Assembly (NCBI GenBank): GCA_963621875.1
Contig: CAVFFR010000001.1
Span: 15,940-79,939 of the forward strand
Length of the DNA stretch: 64,000 nucleotides
DNA from: Bacteroidaceae bacterium
GTDB lineage: Bacteria > Bacillota > Clostridia > TANB77 > CAG-508
Reading direction: 5' to 3'
In this document: positions 40,133 to 50,700 of the stretch, one piece after another
How the letters are laid out: the number at the start of each line of letters is the position of its first letter
Position numbering within the stretch: the first letter of the stretch is position 1
The notes under the pieces: model-generated
Told to the model about the DNA's origin: nothing
Databases searched by the model: none
What the model saw: only the letters and a program-made list of their open reading frames with translations
Translations under genes and position numbers: made by a program

Positions 40133-41404
40133 ATGGAATTGGCAGAAAATAAAATACTAGGATTAGTGAACAAATGTGAAGAAGATGTGGAAGAACAGTT
40201 TAAAGAAGCAGAAAAAGTGTGCGAATATAACAGCAACAAAGTATTAAAAGCATTTCAAGACAACGGAATATCAGAAGTAGATTTTGGAAGTACAACAGGA
40301 TATGGATATGGAGATATAGGCAGAGAAAAAATAGAAAAAGTATTTGCACAAGTATTAGGAGCAGAGGACTGTCTAGTAAGAACACAATTCATATCTGGCA
40401 CACATGCGCTTACAGTTGCCTTATTCGCATTTCTAAGACCAGGTGACAAAATGCTTAGTATAACTGGCAAACCATATGATACACTAGATGAAGTAATAGG
40501 AATAACAGAAAACAAAAGCTCATTAAAATCTTTTGGTATAAATTATGAACAAATAGAATTAATAGATAATGATTTTGACTATGAAAAGATACAAAGAAGA
40601 TTGCAAGAGTCAAAAGTAAAACTAATAGAAATCCAAAGATCAAAAGGTTATGCGATAAGAGAAAGCATAACACTTGATAAAGTGGAAAAAGTAATCAAAG
40701 CAATAAGAGAAATAGACCGAGATGTAATAATTATGATAGACAATTGTTACTGCGAATTTGTAGGAACAAAAGAACCTTTAGAAGTTGGTGCAGATGTAAT
40801 AGTAGGTTCACTAATTAAGAATTTAGGTGGAGGAATGGCTCCAAATGGAGCATATATAGCAGGAAGAAAAGATTTAGTGGAACTTGCTGCAGAAAGATTA
40901 ACAGTACCGGGAGAGGGCAGAGAAGTAGGTCCAACTCTTGGTATAAATAAACAATTTTTATTAGGACTATTTTTAGCACCATCTGTAGTAAGATCTAGTA
41001 TAAAAACATCAATATTAACAAGCAAAGTGTTAGAAAAATTGGGATATGAAGTTATGCCGAAATATGATGAAAAAAGAGCTGATATTGTACAAACAATAAA
41101 ATTTGCTAACAGAGAAAAATTAATATTATATTGTCAAGGAATACAAAAAGGTTCGCCAATAGATTCAAATGTATTAGCAGAGCCAAGTGATATGCCGGGA
41201 TATGATGATCAAGTTATAATGGCATCAGGAAGCTTTACACAAGGATCATCAATAGAGCTATCTTGTGACGCGCCATTAAGAGAGCCATATGTTGCATTCC
41301 AACAAGGAGCATTAACATATGAATATGGAAAATTAGGATTAATACAAGCGTTAACTTATTGTATAAAAAAAGATGAAAACTTTTTATATAGCAAATATAT
41401 GTAG
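40133..41404 (+). CDS. PLP-dependent methionine gamma-lyase-family protein (aluminium-resistance / YnbB-like).
   Basis: Fold-type I PLP enzyme with the Alum_res family pattern STTGYGYGDIGREKIE...GSLIKNLGGG. Confidence 0.65.
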   Translation: MELAENKILGLVNKCEEDVEEQFKEAEKVCEYNSNKVLKAFQDNGISEVDFGSTTGYGYGDIGREKIEKVFAQVLGAEDCLVRTQFISGTHALTVALFAFLRPGDKMLSITGKPYDTLDEVIGITENKSSLKSFGINYEQIELIDNDFDYEKIQRRLQESKVKLIEIQRSKGYAIRESITLDKVEKVIKAIREIDRDVIIMIDNCYCEFVGTKEPLEVGADVIVGSLIKNLGGGMAPNGAYIAGRKDLVELAAERLTVPGEGREVGPTLGINKQFLLGLFLAPSVVRSSIKTSILTSKVLEKLGYEVMPKYDEKRADIVQTIKFANREKLILYCQGIQKGSPIDSNVLAEPSDMPGYDDQVIMASGSFTQGSSIELSCDAPLREPYVAFQQGALTYEYGKLGLIQALTYCIKKDENFLYSKYM

Positions 41405-41421
41405 TAGAAAAGGAGAAAATA

Positions 41422-42690
41422 GTGAAAATTGCAGTAATAGGTGGAGGACCAGCTGGAATGATGGCAGCTATATCTGCTAGCCAAAACCAAAACGAAGTAT
41501 ATCTTTTAGAAAAAAATAGCAAATTAGGCAAAAAATTACTAATAACAGGAAAAGGCAGATGCAACATTACAAGTAGCCTAGACATTAGTGAATTTATAGC
41601 TAACATTCCAGGTAATGGAAGCTTTTTATATAGTGCATTTAATAATTACACAAATCAAGATATAATTGAGTTCCTAAAAAGAAATGGAGTATCTGTAAAA
41701 GAAGAAAGAGGCAACAGAGTATTTCCAACATCAGACAAATCAATAGATGTATTAAATGTTTTCACAAAAGAACTAAACAAAAAACAGGTAAAAATAAAAT
41801 TTGATGCAAGAGTAACAGGAATAGAAACAGAAAACAACAAAGTAAAAGCTGTTATATATATGGACAAAAATAACGAAAGTAAAAAGCTACTAGTAGACGA
41901 AGTAATTCTTGCAACAGGAGGAAAAACATATTCTGCAACTGGCTCTACAGGAGATGGATATGAGATAGCAAAAAAGTTAGGGCATACAGTTACGCAAATA
42001 AAGCCATCATTAGTCCCACTAACAGCCACAGGAGAATCGCTTAATATTTGCAAAGAATTACAAGGATTAAGCCTAAAAAATGTATCAATAAAATTAGTAA
42101 ATACAGAAAATAAAAAAGCAATATATGAAGACTTTGGAGAAATGCTATTCACGCATTTTGGAGTATCAGGACCAATAATATTAAGCTCATCCGCACACTT
42201 GTTACGATATAAAAATGTGGACAATTTGTTAGCACAAAACAAGATACAATTGCAAATAGACTTAAAACCGGCACTATCATTAGAAAAACTAGACTTAAGA
42301 TTACAAAGAGATTTTGCACAAGAAAAAAACAAAGAATTTAAAAACAGTTTAAACAATTTACTACCACAAAAGCTAATAGCAACCATTGTTAAATTGTCAG
42401 AAATAAAACCAGATAAGCAAGTAAATGAAATAACAAAAGAAGAAAGACTTAAACTTGCAAACTTATTAAAAGAACTGAAAATAAACATATCAGGATTTAG
42501 ACCTCTAGATGAAGGAATAGTAACATCAGGAGGAATAAACATAAAAGAAATAAATCCAAAAACAATGGAATCAAAAATAATAGAAGGACTATATTTTGCA
42601 GGAGAAATAATAGATGTTGATGCTTATACAGGAGGATTTAACTTACAAATAGCATATTCAACAGGATATACTGCAGGAAATAATGTGTAA
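41422..42690 (+). CDS. NAD(P)/FAD-dependent flavoprotein (HI0933/YhiN family).
   Basis: N-terminal Rossmann GxGxxG (VIGGGPAGMMAA). About 420 aa. Confidence 0.75.
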   Translation: MKIAVIGGGPAGMMAAISASQNQNEVYLLEKNSKLGKKLLITGKGRCNITSSLDISEFIANIPGNGSFLYSAFNNYTNQDIIEFLKRNGVSVKEERGNRVFPTSDKSIDVLNVFTKELNKKQVKIKFDARVTGIETENNKVKAVIYMDKNNESKKLLVDEVILATGGKTYSATGSTGDGYEIAKKLGHTVTQIKPSLVPLTATGESLNICKELQGLSLKNVSIKLVNTENKKAIYEDFGEMLFTHFGVSGPIILSSSAHLLRYKNVDNLLAQNKIQLQIDLKPALSLEKLDLRLQRDFAQEKNKEFKNSLNNLLPQKLIATIVKLSEIKPDKQVNEITKEERLKLANLLKELKINISGFRPLDEGIVTSGGINIKEINPKTMESKIIEGLYFAGEIIDVDAYTGGFNLQIAYSTGYTAGNNV

Positions 42691-42696
42691 AAAGAT

Positions 42697-43347
42697 ATGA
42701 AAGATATAGTATTTAATACAATAGAAGAAGAAAACTCTGCTGAAATAATAGAAAAGAAATCTAGATTTATTGCTAATATTTACAATGTTGAAAGCAAAGA
42801 AGAAGCGGAAGAAAAAATAAAACAAATAAAAAAGAAATATTATGATGCAAAACACCACTGTTTTGCATTTAGTATTATAGAAGAAAATGGAATTGCACAA
42901 AAAAGTAGTGATGACGGAGAGCCATCGGGAACAGCAGGAACACCAATATTAAACATTATAAAAAGCAATAATTTACAAAATGTATTAATAATTGTTACCA
43001 GATACTTTGGAGGAATACTTTTAGGAACTGGGGGATTAACCAGGGCATACTCAGAAGCGGCTAGAACAGTAGTAGAACAACCTAAATTAATACAAAAAGA
43101 ACCAGGAATGGAAATAGAACTAGAAATAGACTACAACGACAACGAAAAATTCAAGTATTACTGTCAAAAGAACAATATCAACATAATTAAAATAGAATAT
43201 GCTGAAAATATATTATATAAAATAGAATTAAATGAAAAAGAATACAAAAAAATAGAAGAAAAAAATAAAACGAATAATAAACAATTAGATATTAATATAA
43301 AAAATATTCAACTAAAATGTCGAAAATATGTGAAAAAAGTAGGATAA
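42697..43347 (+). CDS. YigZ/IMPACT family protein.
   Basis: UPF0029 signature KKSRFIA...HHCFAF...DDGEPSGTAGTPIL. Confidence 0.7.
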   Translation: MKDIVFNTIEEENSAEIIEKKSRFIANIYNVESKEEAEEKIKQIKKKYYDAKHHCFAFSIIEENGIAQKSSDDGEPSGTAGTPILNIIKSNNLQNVLIIVTRYFGGILLGTGGLTRAYSEAARTVVEQPKLIQKEPGMEIELEIDYNDNEKFKYYCQKNNINIIKIEYAENILYKIELNEKEYKKIEEKNKTNNKQLDINIKNIQLKCRKYVKKVG

Positions 43348-43461
43348 TGGACTACAAAAACTGGAAAAGTTTCCCAAATCTATTGCGAAAATAGCAAAAA
43401 GCATATATAATATGAATTGTAAAATATTTACAGTACTATTAAGTATAGGGGGAACGAAAGA

Positions 43462-44277
43462 GTGAAAGAAAAGATTACAGTTTTAATCTCAGATGATAAT
43501 GTGGAATTTGCAAACACATTATCAAGTTACTTAGAAAAAGATGAGGAAATAATAATAATCGGTAGAGCGAAAGATGGAGAAGAAGCTCTAGAAATGATTA
43601 CTGCAATGAGACCAGATATCGTTTTATTAGATGTTATTATGCCACATCTAGATGGACTAGGAGTATTAGAAAGACTAAATACAATGAATCTAGACCGTCG
43701 TCCAATTTGTATAATGCTTTCAGCAGTGGGACAGGACAAAATAACCCAAAAAGCAATATCATTAGGAGCACAATATTATGTTGTAAAACCTTTTGATATA
43801 GAAGTACTAATACAAAGAATAAAAGAAATAAAATATTATCTACCAAGAGAAAGAGCAACATACATTATAAGAGAGCCAAAGACACAATATATAGATATAC
43901 CAAAACAAGAAATGAAAAATGAGGATAGCCTAGAAGCATTAGTAACTAATGTTATTCATGAAGTAGGTGTGCCTGCACACATTAAAGGTTATCAATATTT
44001 AAGAGAAGCTATAATGTTGGTAGTAAATGATATAGATATTATTAATCAAATAACAAAACAATTATATCCAGAAATTGCAGAAAAATATCGTACAACACCA
44101 AGTCGTGTAGAACGTGCAATTCGTCACGCAATAGAAGTTGCGTGGGAAAGAGGAGAAGCTGCTGCAGTAGAAAACATATTTGGTTATACTGTCTCTGCTA
44201 GCAAAGGCAAACCAACAAATAGCGAATTTATCGCAATGATAGCTGACAAACTAAGATTAGAAATAAAAACAGCATAA
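43462..44277 (+). CDS. spo0A: Sporulation master regulator Spo0A.
   Basis: GTG start after RBS ggggga. Receiver domain with an Asp pocket. C-terminal Spo0A_C DNA-binding domain ([12 protein letters not shown]...[16 protein letters not shown]). Confidence 0.9.
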   Translation: MKEKITVLISDDNVEFANTLSSYLEKDEEIIIIGRAKDGEEALEMITAMRPDIVLLDVIMPHLDGLGVLERLNTMNLDRRPICIMLSAVGQDKITQKAISLGAQYYVVKPFDIEVLIQRIKEIKYYLPRERATYIIREPKTQYIDIPKQEMKNEDSLEALVTNVIHEVGVPAHIKGYQYLREAIMLVVNDIDIINQITKQLYPEIAEKYRTTPSRVERAIRHAIEVAWERGEAAAVENIFGYTVSASKGKPTNSEFIAMIADKLRLEIKTA

Positions 44278-44320
44278 AAAAATCACCTCACAAGCAAAAC
44301 TTGTGAGGTGATTTATGTAT
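44277..44320 (+). terminator. Rho-independent terminator after spo0A.
   Basis: 14-bp stem aatcacctcacaag/cttgtgaggtgatt with loop caaaa. Confidence 0.6.
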
Positions 44321-44358
44321 ATGATAAAGTAATATTTATATTGCAGAAGCTCGAAAAA

Positions 44359-44365
44359 TGTCGAA
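44359..44365 (+). promoter_or_regulatory. Consensus Spo0A box TGTCGAA inside a tandem tcgaaaa duplication.
   Basis: gctcgaaaaaTGTCGAAaag, 120 nt upstream of the micro-ORF at 44484. Confidence 0.35.
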
Positions 44366-44483
44366 AAGTTGCAAAAATAAATTTGTTTAATTACTAGACA
44401 AATAAGTTAAAATATACTATACTGGAAATATAGAAAATGAGAATAAGCAGATGTGGTTTGCCTCCAACAAGGAGGTGAGGCTT

Positions 44484-44606
44484 ATGGTAGAAATACAGGC
44501 GTTAATCGCAACAATATACATATTATATTATTCATTAATTGGAGTAACTATCATAGCAATGGCCTTTATTATAGCATTAGCAATAATTCTGAGCAAGAGC
44601 GAATAA
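44484..44606 (+). CDS. 40-aa hydrophobic micro-protein (not in the ORF track).
   Basis: Strong RBS aaggaggtgagg 7 nt before the ATG. Single TM (MVEIQALIATIYILYYSLIGVTIIAMAFIIALAIILSKSE). A hairpin follows the stop. Confidence 0.35.
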   Translation: MVEIQALIATIYILYYSLIGVTIIAMAFIIALAIILSKSE

Positions 44607-44616
44607 ACCAATAAAA

Positions 44617-44650
44617 AAACACATCTGTTAACTTTGACGAGTCAGATGTG
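44617..44650 (+). terminator. Putative terminator after the micro-ORF.
   Basis: Stem acacatctg/cagatgtgt with a long loop. A second hairpin aaaccac-tttc-gtggttt lies at ~44667-44690 and may serve spoIIID on the other strand. Confidence 0.3.
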
Positions 44651-44746
44651 TTAAAACATTTTACTTGGCAAACCACTTTCGTGGTTTCTCATTTTCTATT
44701 TCTATTATACACGTATAAGTAAACTTTGTCAATCATTTAGAAAATT

Positions 44747-45001
44747 TTATACATGATGACTATATTTTAATTTTGTCGCTTGACCTCCTCTAATATGTCT
44801 TTCTGCTTTGTTTTCGTCTAAGATAATTCTGACCTCGGAAGCGAGAGCAGGATTTATTTTTAATAATCGTTCACTAACATCCTTGTGTACTGTAGATTTA
44901 GAAATTCCGTATTTTTTAGCTGCACCTCTAACCGTATCTTTTGAATCTATAATATATTGAGCTAATTTTACAGCTCGTTCTTCAATTGAAACTCCAATCA
45001 T
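44747..45001 (-). CDS. spoIIID: Stage III sporulation transcription regulator SpoIIID.
   Basis: 84 aa. HTH region GISKSTVHKDVSERL and C-terminal ENKAERHIRGGQATKLKY. Start chosen to match SpoIIID length. ORF-track start 45046. Confidence 0.85.
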   Translation of the reverse strand: MIGVSIEERAVKLAQYIIDSKDTVRGAAKKYGISKSTVHKDVSERLLKINPALASEVRIILDENKAERHIRGGQATKLKYSHHV

Positions 45002-45125
45002 AAAGAAAACCCCCATATGAATACATTTGTTTAATTGTATTCGCAATAAGGTTGTATTATGAATTTATTTCTACGAACAATAACATTCTACAAAATACGA
45101 CATATAATGTAGTAGGTGATATAAG

Positions 45126-45935
45126 ATGAAACTTAGAAAAGGAGATATTGTAGGAAGAAAATCTTATAACAAAGATATTGCATTTGTTATAAATAATATA
45201 ATAAAAAATAATGATGGAGAATTTGCAGTACTAAAAGGACTTATACTAAGAATTGAGGCAGATGCTCCAATTGGGGATTTGGAATTATTAGATAATAAGC
45301 AAGTAATTCATATAGTCAGTAAATTTAATAACGAATTAGAAAAAAGGAAAAAGAAAGAACAAAAAACTGTAAGTCATAATTTAAAAAGAAATAGAGAAAG
45401 ATACGGAAGAATACTACACTTGGATGGAGATAAAAAATATAGCGAAAAATCAGAAAGAGTATATAAAAGTATGGGACTAGATGTAGTTGTAAAAAACATT
45501 CCGGAAAGTAAACAACCACAAATGATATACGCATTATTAAGCAAATATAATCCAGATATTTTAATTGTTACAGGACATGATGGAATGATAAAGAAAGGAC
45601 ATAATTATAACGACATTTATAACTACAGAAATTCAAGGTACTTTATAGAAACAGTAAAAAGAGCCAGAAGATGGGAGTTTGGAGAAAATAAACTAGCAAT
45701 ATTCGCAGGTGCTTGTCAAAGTTATTATGAAGCAATAATGAAAGCAGGAGCAAATTTTGCATCATCACCAGCAAGAATATTAATAGATTTTAAGGATCCA
45801 CTAGTGGTTGCAGAAAAAATTGCAAAAACTGATTCAAACAAATTTATAACAATAAAAGATATAGAAGATGACTTAAGAGATGGGGAAAAAGGAATAAATG
45901 GAAGTGGCACTATGGGGAAGAAAAAAAATCCATAA
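45126..45935 (+). CDS. yabG: Sporulation-specific (spore-coat) protease YabG.
   Basis: YabG family (peptidase U57). Conserved VTGHDG...AGACQS blocks. 269 aa. RBS aggtga. Confidence 0.75.
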   Translation: MKLRKGDIVGRKSYNKDIAFVINNIIKNNDGEFAVLKGLILRIEADAPIGDLELLDNKQVIHIVSKFNNELEKRKKKEQKTVSHNLKRNRERYGRILHLDGDKKYSEKSERVYKSMGLDVVVKNIPESKQPQMIYALLSKYNPDILIVTGHDGMIKKGHNYNDIYNYRNSRYFIETVKRARRWEFGENKLAIFAGACQSYYEAIMKAGANFASSPARILIDFKDPLVVAEKIAKTDSNKFITIKDIEDDLRDGEKGINGSGTMGKKKNP

Positions 45936-45998
45936 AAATAATGGACAATTATAACTAGTTATGATAAACTTAATATAAATTAGGAGGATATTGCACAA

Positions 45999-46121
45999 AT
46001 GAATTTTAATGATTTAGAATCAAGAGAATTGCTAGAGATATACAATAAAATTGAAGTGTTTATAGACTTCTTGAATAAAGAAGCAAAAAACGCTGAAAAA
46101 TTAGGAGAAGCAAATGAATAA
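45999..46121 (+). CDS. 40-aa helical micro-protein, translationally coupled to the next gene (ATGA overlap).
   Basis: Strong RBS taggagga. Protein MNFNDLESRELLEIYNKIEVFIDFLNKEAKNAEKLGEANE. Its stop overlaps the start at 46114. Confidence 0.3.
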   Translation: MNFNDLESRELLEIYNKIEVFIDFLNKEAKNAEKLGEANE

Positions 46122-47682
46122 AATATTAGAAAAGATTGAAACAGATAAAGAAATTTTATCTACAATGCCAACAAATAACAAAAAGAATATTGCCCACTAT
46201 ATTGCCACAGTAAAAAAATTGAGCGAAGAATATGAAAAAAGTAAGCAAGAAATTTTTAATGAGTTGGATAAAAGGTTTAAAAAAATAATATCTGTAAACG
46301 AGAATAAAGAACTAAAAACACAAAAATCAGAAATATCAGAAATAGAAAATATGCTTGAAATAATAAATCCAATAAAAACCTCATACGAAAGGATGGGGTT
46401 AGATAAGAGAGTTTATAAATTAGGCAGATTTTATAAAGAAAATTTAGAGAGCATAAATGATGAAATAGCATCTTGTATAAACAAATTTTATTCAGTAGGG
46501 ATAGATATAACTGCAAATGATTTTAATTACAGTATGTATGTAAATGAATATATGCAGATATTTTTTGATGAGATGAAAAAAGAAGGTGTAAATTCTGATA
46601 TTGTAAAAAACAAATTTGAAGAAATTTATTGGAAATGTCCAGACCTAATAATCCATATAGAACTAAACATTAGATATATTTATATAGAAAATCAAAAACA
46701 AATAGATAAATATTACGAAAAAAGAAAAACAGAACTATTAAATAATATAAATGCAAAACCAGAACAAATAGAGGAAAAATATTTATTCTTAAAACAAAAA
46801 AATAAAGAACAAGAAGAAACTGATAAATACATTTTATTACAAAAATTCTTAAACGATGAACTAGATATAAATAACTATGAAGAAGATAAAATAAAAACAG
46901 AGTATTTGAAACTAATACCAGAGAATGTTATAAAAAATGCTTCTAAAAAACAAATAGAAGAAATAACTCAAAATTCAATAAAGTTTTTAAATAGTTTACA
47001 AGAATACAAAGAGTATTTAAAATTTCAATTTATAGTTGAAAATATAAAAAATAAATATAAAGATAAGGAACAATATAAAAATCTTTATAATGCTACTCAA
47101 AAAGAAATAAATGCTAAAGAAAAAAAGATAAAAAGCTTAAATGGCAAAATGAGTAGTAAAGGTCTATTTGGTAAAAAAGACAAAAAAGATAAACAGGCAG
47201 TGGAATATAATTCTATAATATTAGAGCTAAAAGAGCTATACAAAAAATTAGATGATGCAAAAATATATTCAAAAATAATAGAACAATTAAAAGACGACTC
47301 TACAATCTATGATGCATTATATTTTGCAAGCCAATTTAATAATTTTTTGGTTGATTGTATAATAGAAAACAATAAAAATATTACACAAGAAGAAATAGAG
47401 CAATTTGTGCAAGACTTAAAAATTTTCTTAGGAAGTCCATATAATATAATTACAAAAAATATTACAATTTTAGAAGAAAAGGATATTCCAATAATAATCT
47501 CAGACAGATATAAATTATTAAATTTTATGATTAATAAAGAAGATATAACAGAATCTAATTTAGACAACTTAATTGAAATATTACAAAAAATAAAAGAATA
47601 TGATAATTTACAAAAAAGTGGATTAAATCTGGAAGAAATAAAGTTTATATGTGATTTTAAGAAGATGCTAAACAAGAAATAA
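46114..47682 (+). CDS. K/E/N/I-rich coiled-coil protein of unknown function. No signal peptide.
   Basis: 522 aa of low complexity with heptad-like periodicity. First long gene of the operon that continues into the 2777-aa protein. Confidence 0.4.
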   Translation: MNKILEKIETDKEILSTMPTNNKKNIAHYIATVKKLSEEYEKSKQEIFNELDKRFKKIISVNENKELKTQKSEISEIENMLEIINPIKTSYERMGLDKRVYKLGRFYKENLESINDEIASCINKFYSVGIDITANDFNYSMYVNEYMQIFFDEMKKEGVNSDIVKNKFEEIYWKCPDLIIHIELNIRYIYIENQKQIDKYYEKRKTELLNNINAKPEQIEEKYLFLKQKNKEQEETDKYILLQKFLNDELDINNYEEDKIKTEYLKLIPENVIKNASKKQIEEITQNSIKFLNSLQEYKEYLKFQFIVENIKNKYKDKEQYKNLYNATQKEINAKEKKIKSLNGKMSSKGLFGKKDKKDKQAVEYNSIILELKELYKKLDDAKIYSKIIEQLKDDSTIYDALYFASQFNNFLVDCIIENNKNITQEEIEQFVQDLKIFLGSPYNIITKNITILEEKDIPIIISDRYKLLNFMINKEDITESNLDNLIEILQKIKEYDNLQKSGLNLEEIKFICDFKKMLNKK

Positions 47683-47705
47683 TTGTATGGAGAAAAACAT
47701 ATAAA

Positions 47706-50700
47706 ATGAGAAAAACTAGACAGAAAAAGCGAGCTATAATAAGCAAAAAAAGAGTATTTATTTTAATATGCTTAATAATGTTGACAATTTTCGAAATAAT
47801 AGCTTTTAGAGATTCAAGAGCAAATAAAGTAATAGAAATATCAGTCAACATTATTGATAGTGCTTCTCGTTTAGAAGATAAGCAAATGACATTGAATGCT
47901 GTAAATTCTAACGGAAAGGACTATTATTTAGCGTTGCCAGAATATGTCGACAATAAGAGAATAGAAGGGTATATAATAGAAGAAACTCAGTATGAGGAAA
48001 TAATAGAAGATAATAATGAAGATCAAGTTAGCGAAACAGACAACAATGTTATAACAGCTGAGGAAAATATAATAGAAGACTCTATAAACAATAAAGCAAC
48101 TAATGCAAATGAAGAAATAAATACAATTGACGAAGATAAAGCAAATACAGAAGAAACTATACAAGAAGAAAAAAAAGTAATAAAAACAAAAACAGAAAAA
48201 AGCATACAACCTAATGAAAGCATTATTCTAACAAAAGATGAAATTCAAAACAAAACAATTACAATAAAAGCTGTATATGATAGTAAAGAAAAAGATGGCA
48301 CTATTTTATATAATCAAGAAATTAATGCAGAGATAGTAGAAAATCAAGAAATATCAACTAAACACAATATAAAAATTGATGGTTATATGCCGATAGATGC
48401 AACTGCTAAAGCAACAATAGTTACAAGAGATGACATACAAGATAAAATTGATGATATGCTAACAGATAAGGTTTCGTTAAGAGTAGCATATGATATAAAA
48501 ATTATATATAACGAAGCAGAATTTGAGCCAGAAGAATTTGATACAGATGTTAAAGTAACCATAGTTGGAATGGAAGAAATAAATACTAGAAAGCAAAAAT
48601 ACAAAGTAATACACATAGATTCAGAAAATACTGTTGAAGAAATAAAGACAGTGGAATCTTTAGAAGACACAGTTTCTTTTACAGCAAAAGAATTTTCGAC
48701 TTATGCAGTATTACTGGAGAGTGATATAAGTACAACATCATTATCTGCTAATATGGATTCCGCAAATGTATGGGAAGGAAATACAGCAACAGGATTTAGA
48801 TTCGGAGAAGGAACAGCAAGTTACCCATATCTAATCTCTAGCGGAGAAGAACTTTCATATTTGGCAACTCAAGTAAATAGTGGAACTTCATATGAAGGAC
48901 AATATTTCTCTTTAATTAGAGATATAAACTTAAATGATAAAGAATGGACTCCAATAGGTAATTACAATAATTCATTTAAAGGAACTTTTAATGGAGAAGG
49001 ACATACCATAGCAAATGCAACAATTACTCTGCCAAGTGATATACCAACATCAGTATCTTCATATGGACTTTTTGGAAGTATAGGAGGAGGAAATAGCAAA
49101 ACAACAATAAAGAATTTGCAAATAGAAAATATTACTATTTCAATAACTGCAACTGGAACAACAGGAAACAATACTACTGCAAAAGGCTATAACATTGGAA
49201 TTGTAACAGGAACTATGTTTAATAACTCCGCTGTAAAAAATGTTATAATTAATAGTGGAAGTATAGAAGATACAAGTGCAATAATATTAAGAACAAATGA
49301 TACACAGATATTTGTAGGAGGAATAGCAGGACTTGCAGTTAATAGTACAAGCTCAACAGAAGATCCAGGAGAAGGAAAAAGATATGAAATAGAAAACTGT
49401 TATTCAAATGTAAATGTAGATTTAGCAATACGACCTTATTCTATTTTGTTTATCGGCTCACAATATGCAACAGCTGGTCAGTATGCTGCAGGTGGAATAA
49501 TTGGTGGAATAAAAAACCAAGCTGTTTGGCCACAAAATTGTTTATATAAAGGCAATCTAAATGCAGCTAACGCATTCACTGGCCCTATATTTGCATATGT
49601 AAGAGGAAATAGTACTATAGGAAATACTAATAATTTTAGAACAATTTGGTACGGATATGATGCGGGAACAATAGCAGATGCAATAAATAGTTATTTTACA
49701 TCATATAGTACAAATTCAAAATCTTTTACAACAAGTGTAACAAGCCAAAGTTCAGATCAGTATGTTAGTAGCAGTTATATGGGATATGTGCAGGGTGTAA
49801 ATAAAGGAATATATACAAGCAATACTAACTCAATGTTAAGCAATTTTAATAACTATGTATCACAAAACGCAGAAGAAGACTATTTAAACTGGTATTTTGA
49901 CGATGCAACAGACTCATATTACTTTACGCCAGTATTAACAGCAGAAATAATAAAGAATGTGCCAGAATATGTAGTGCAAGTCAATGATGGACTAGCTACG
50001 GGAAATTACACATATAAATGGTATATAGATGGTCAATTAGATGAAAGTGTAACAACTAATACTATGACAAAACCATCTTCGTGGGAAACAGAGTATAATG
50101 TTGAAGTTTTAGTTAGCAATGGAATTCAATATACAATGCTTAGCTTTACTATTCCACTATACGAAATACATATCTCATTTGAATATGCAAATAGTATACT
50201 TACAGGAAATCTGGAAGGAACAGGCTTACAAGATCCCAACTTTAATTTAGCCGATTATACATATCAATGGTATGAACTTGACATATCAGGAGAAGAAACA
50301 TTATTAGAAGGGAAAACGCAGAATAATATTACAGATTTAGAAAATGGTCTAGACTATAAACTAGTTGCTACAAATAATAAGTATGAATATATGTCAGTAG
50401 AAAACACATATACATCTACTACGAGAACTGTTATTTACTGTAGTTACAGTAGTGGTAGTGATTACAATGATGGATATACTCCACAGACACCAGTAAAGAC
50501 TTTATCAACTGCCTATGGAAAATTTTCTACATCAACAACGAGAGATGAAAATGTAATAGTGCTAATGGGGACCTATTCTGATTCAAGTAGTTGGTGGGGA
50601 AGTAGTAGATACTTAGACAGTGCCACTTCTACAACATATAATCGAAATGTTACAATAACAGGAAAATATGGAGGGCAAGATTATAGCGGAGAACTATATT

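Noticed and set aside
41655-42542. 295-aa minus-strand ORF.
   Set aside because: Entirely antisense to the well-supported flavoprotein gene (41422..42690). Low-complexity S/F/I-rich translation.
45016-45046. Longer SpoIIID start (99 aa).
   Set aside because: SpoIIID orthologues are ~85-93 aa and begin a few residues before the conserved EER. The ATG at 45001 has a gggggt RBS formed by the upstream sequence.
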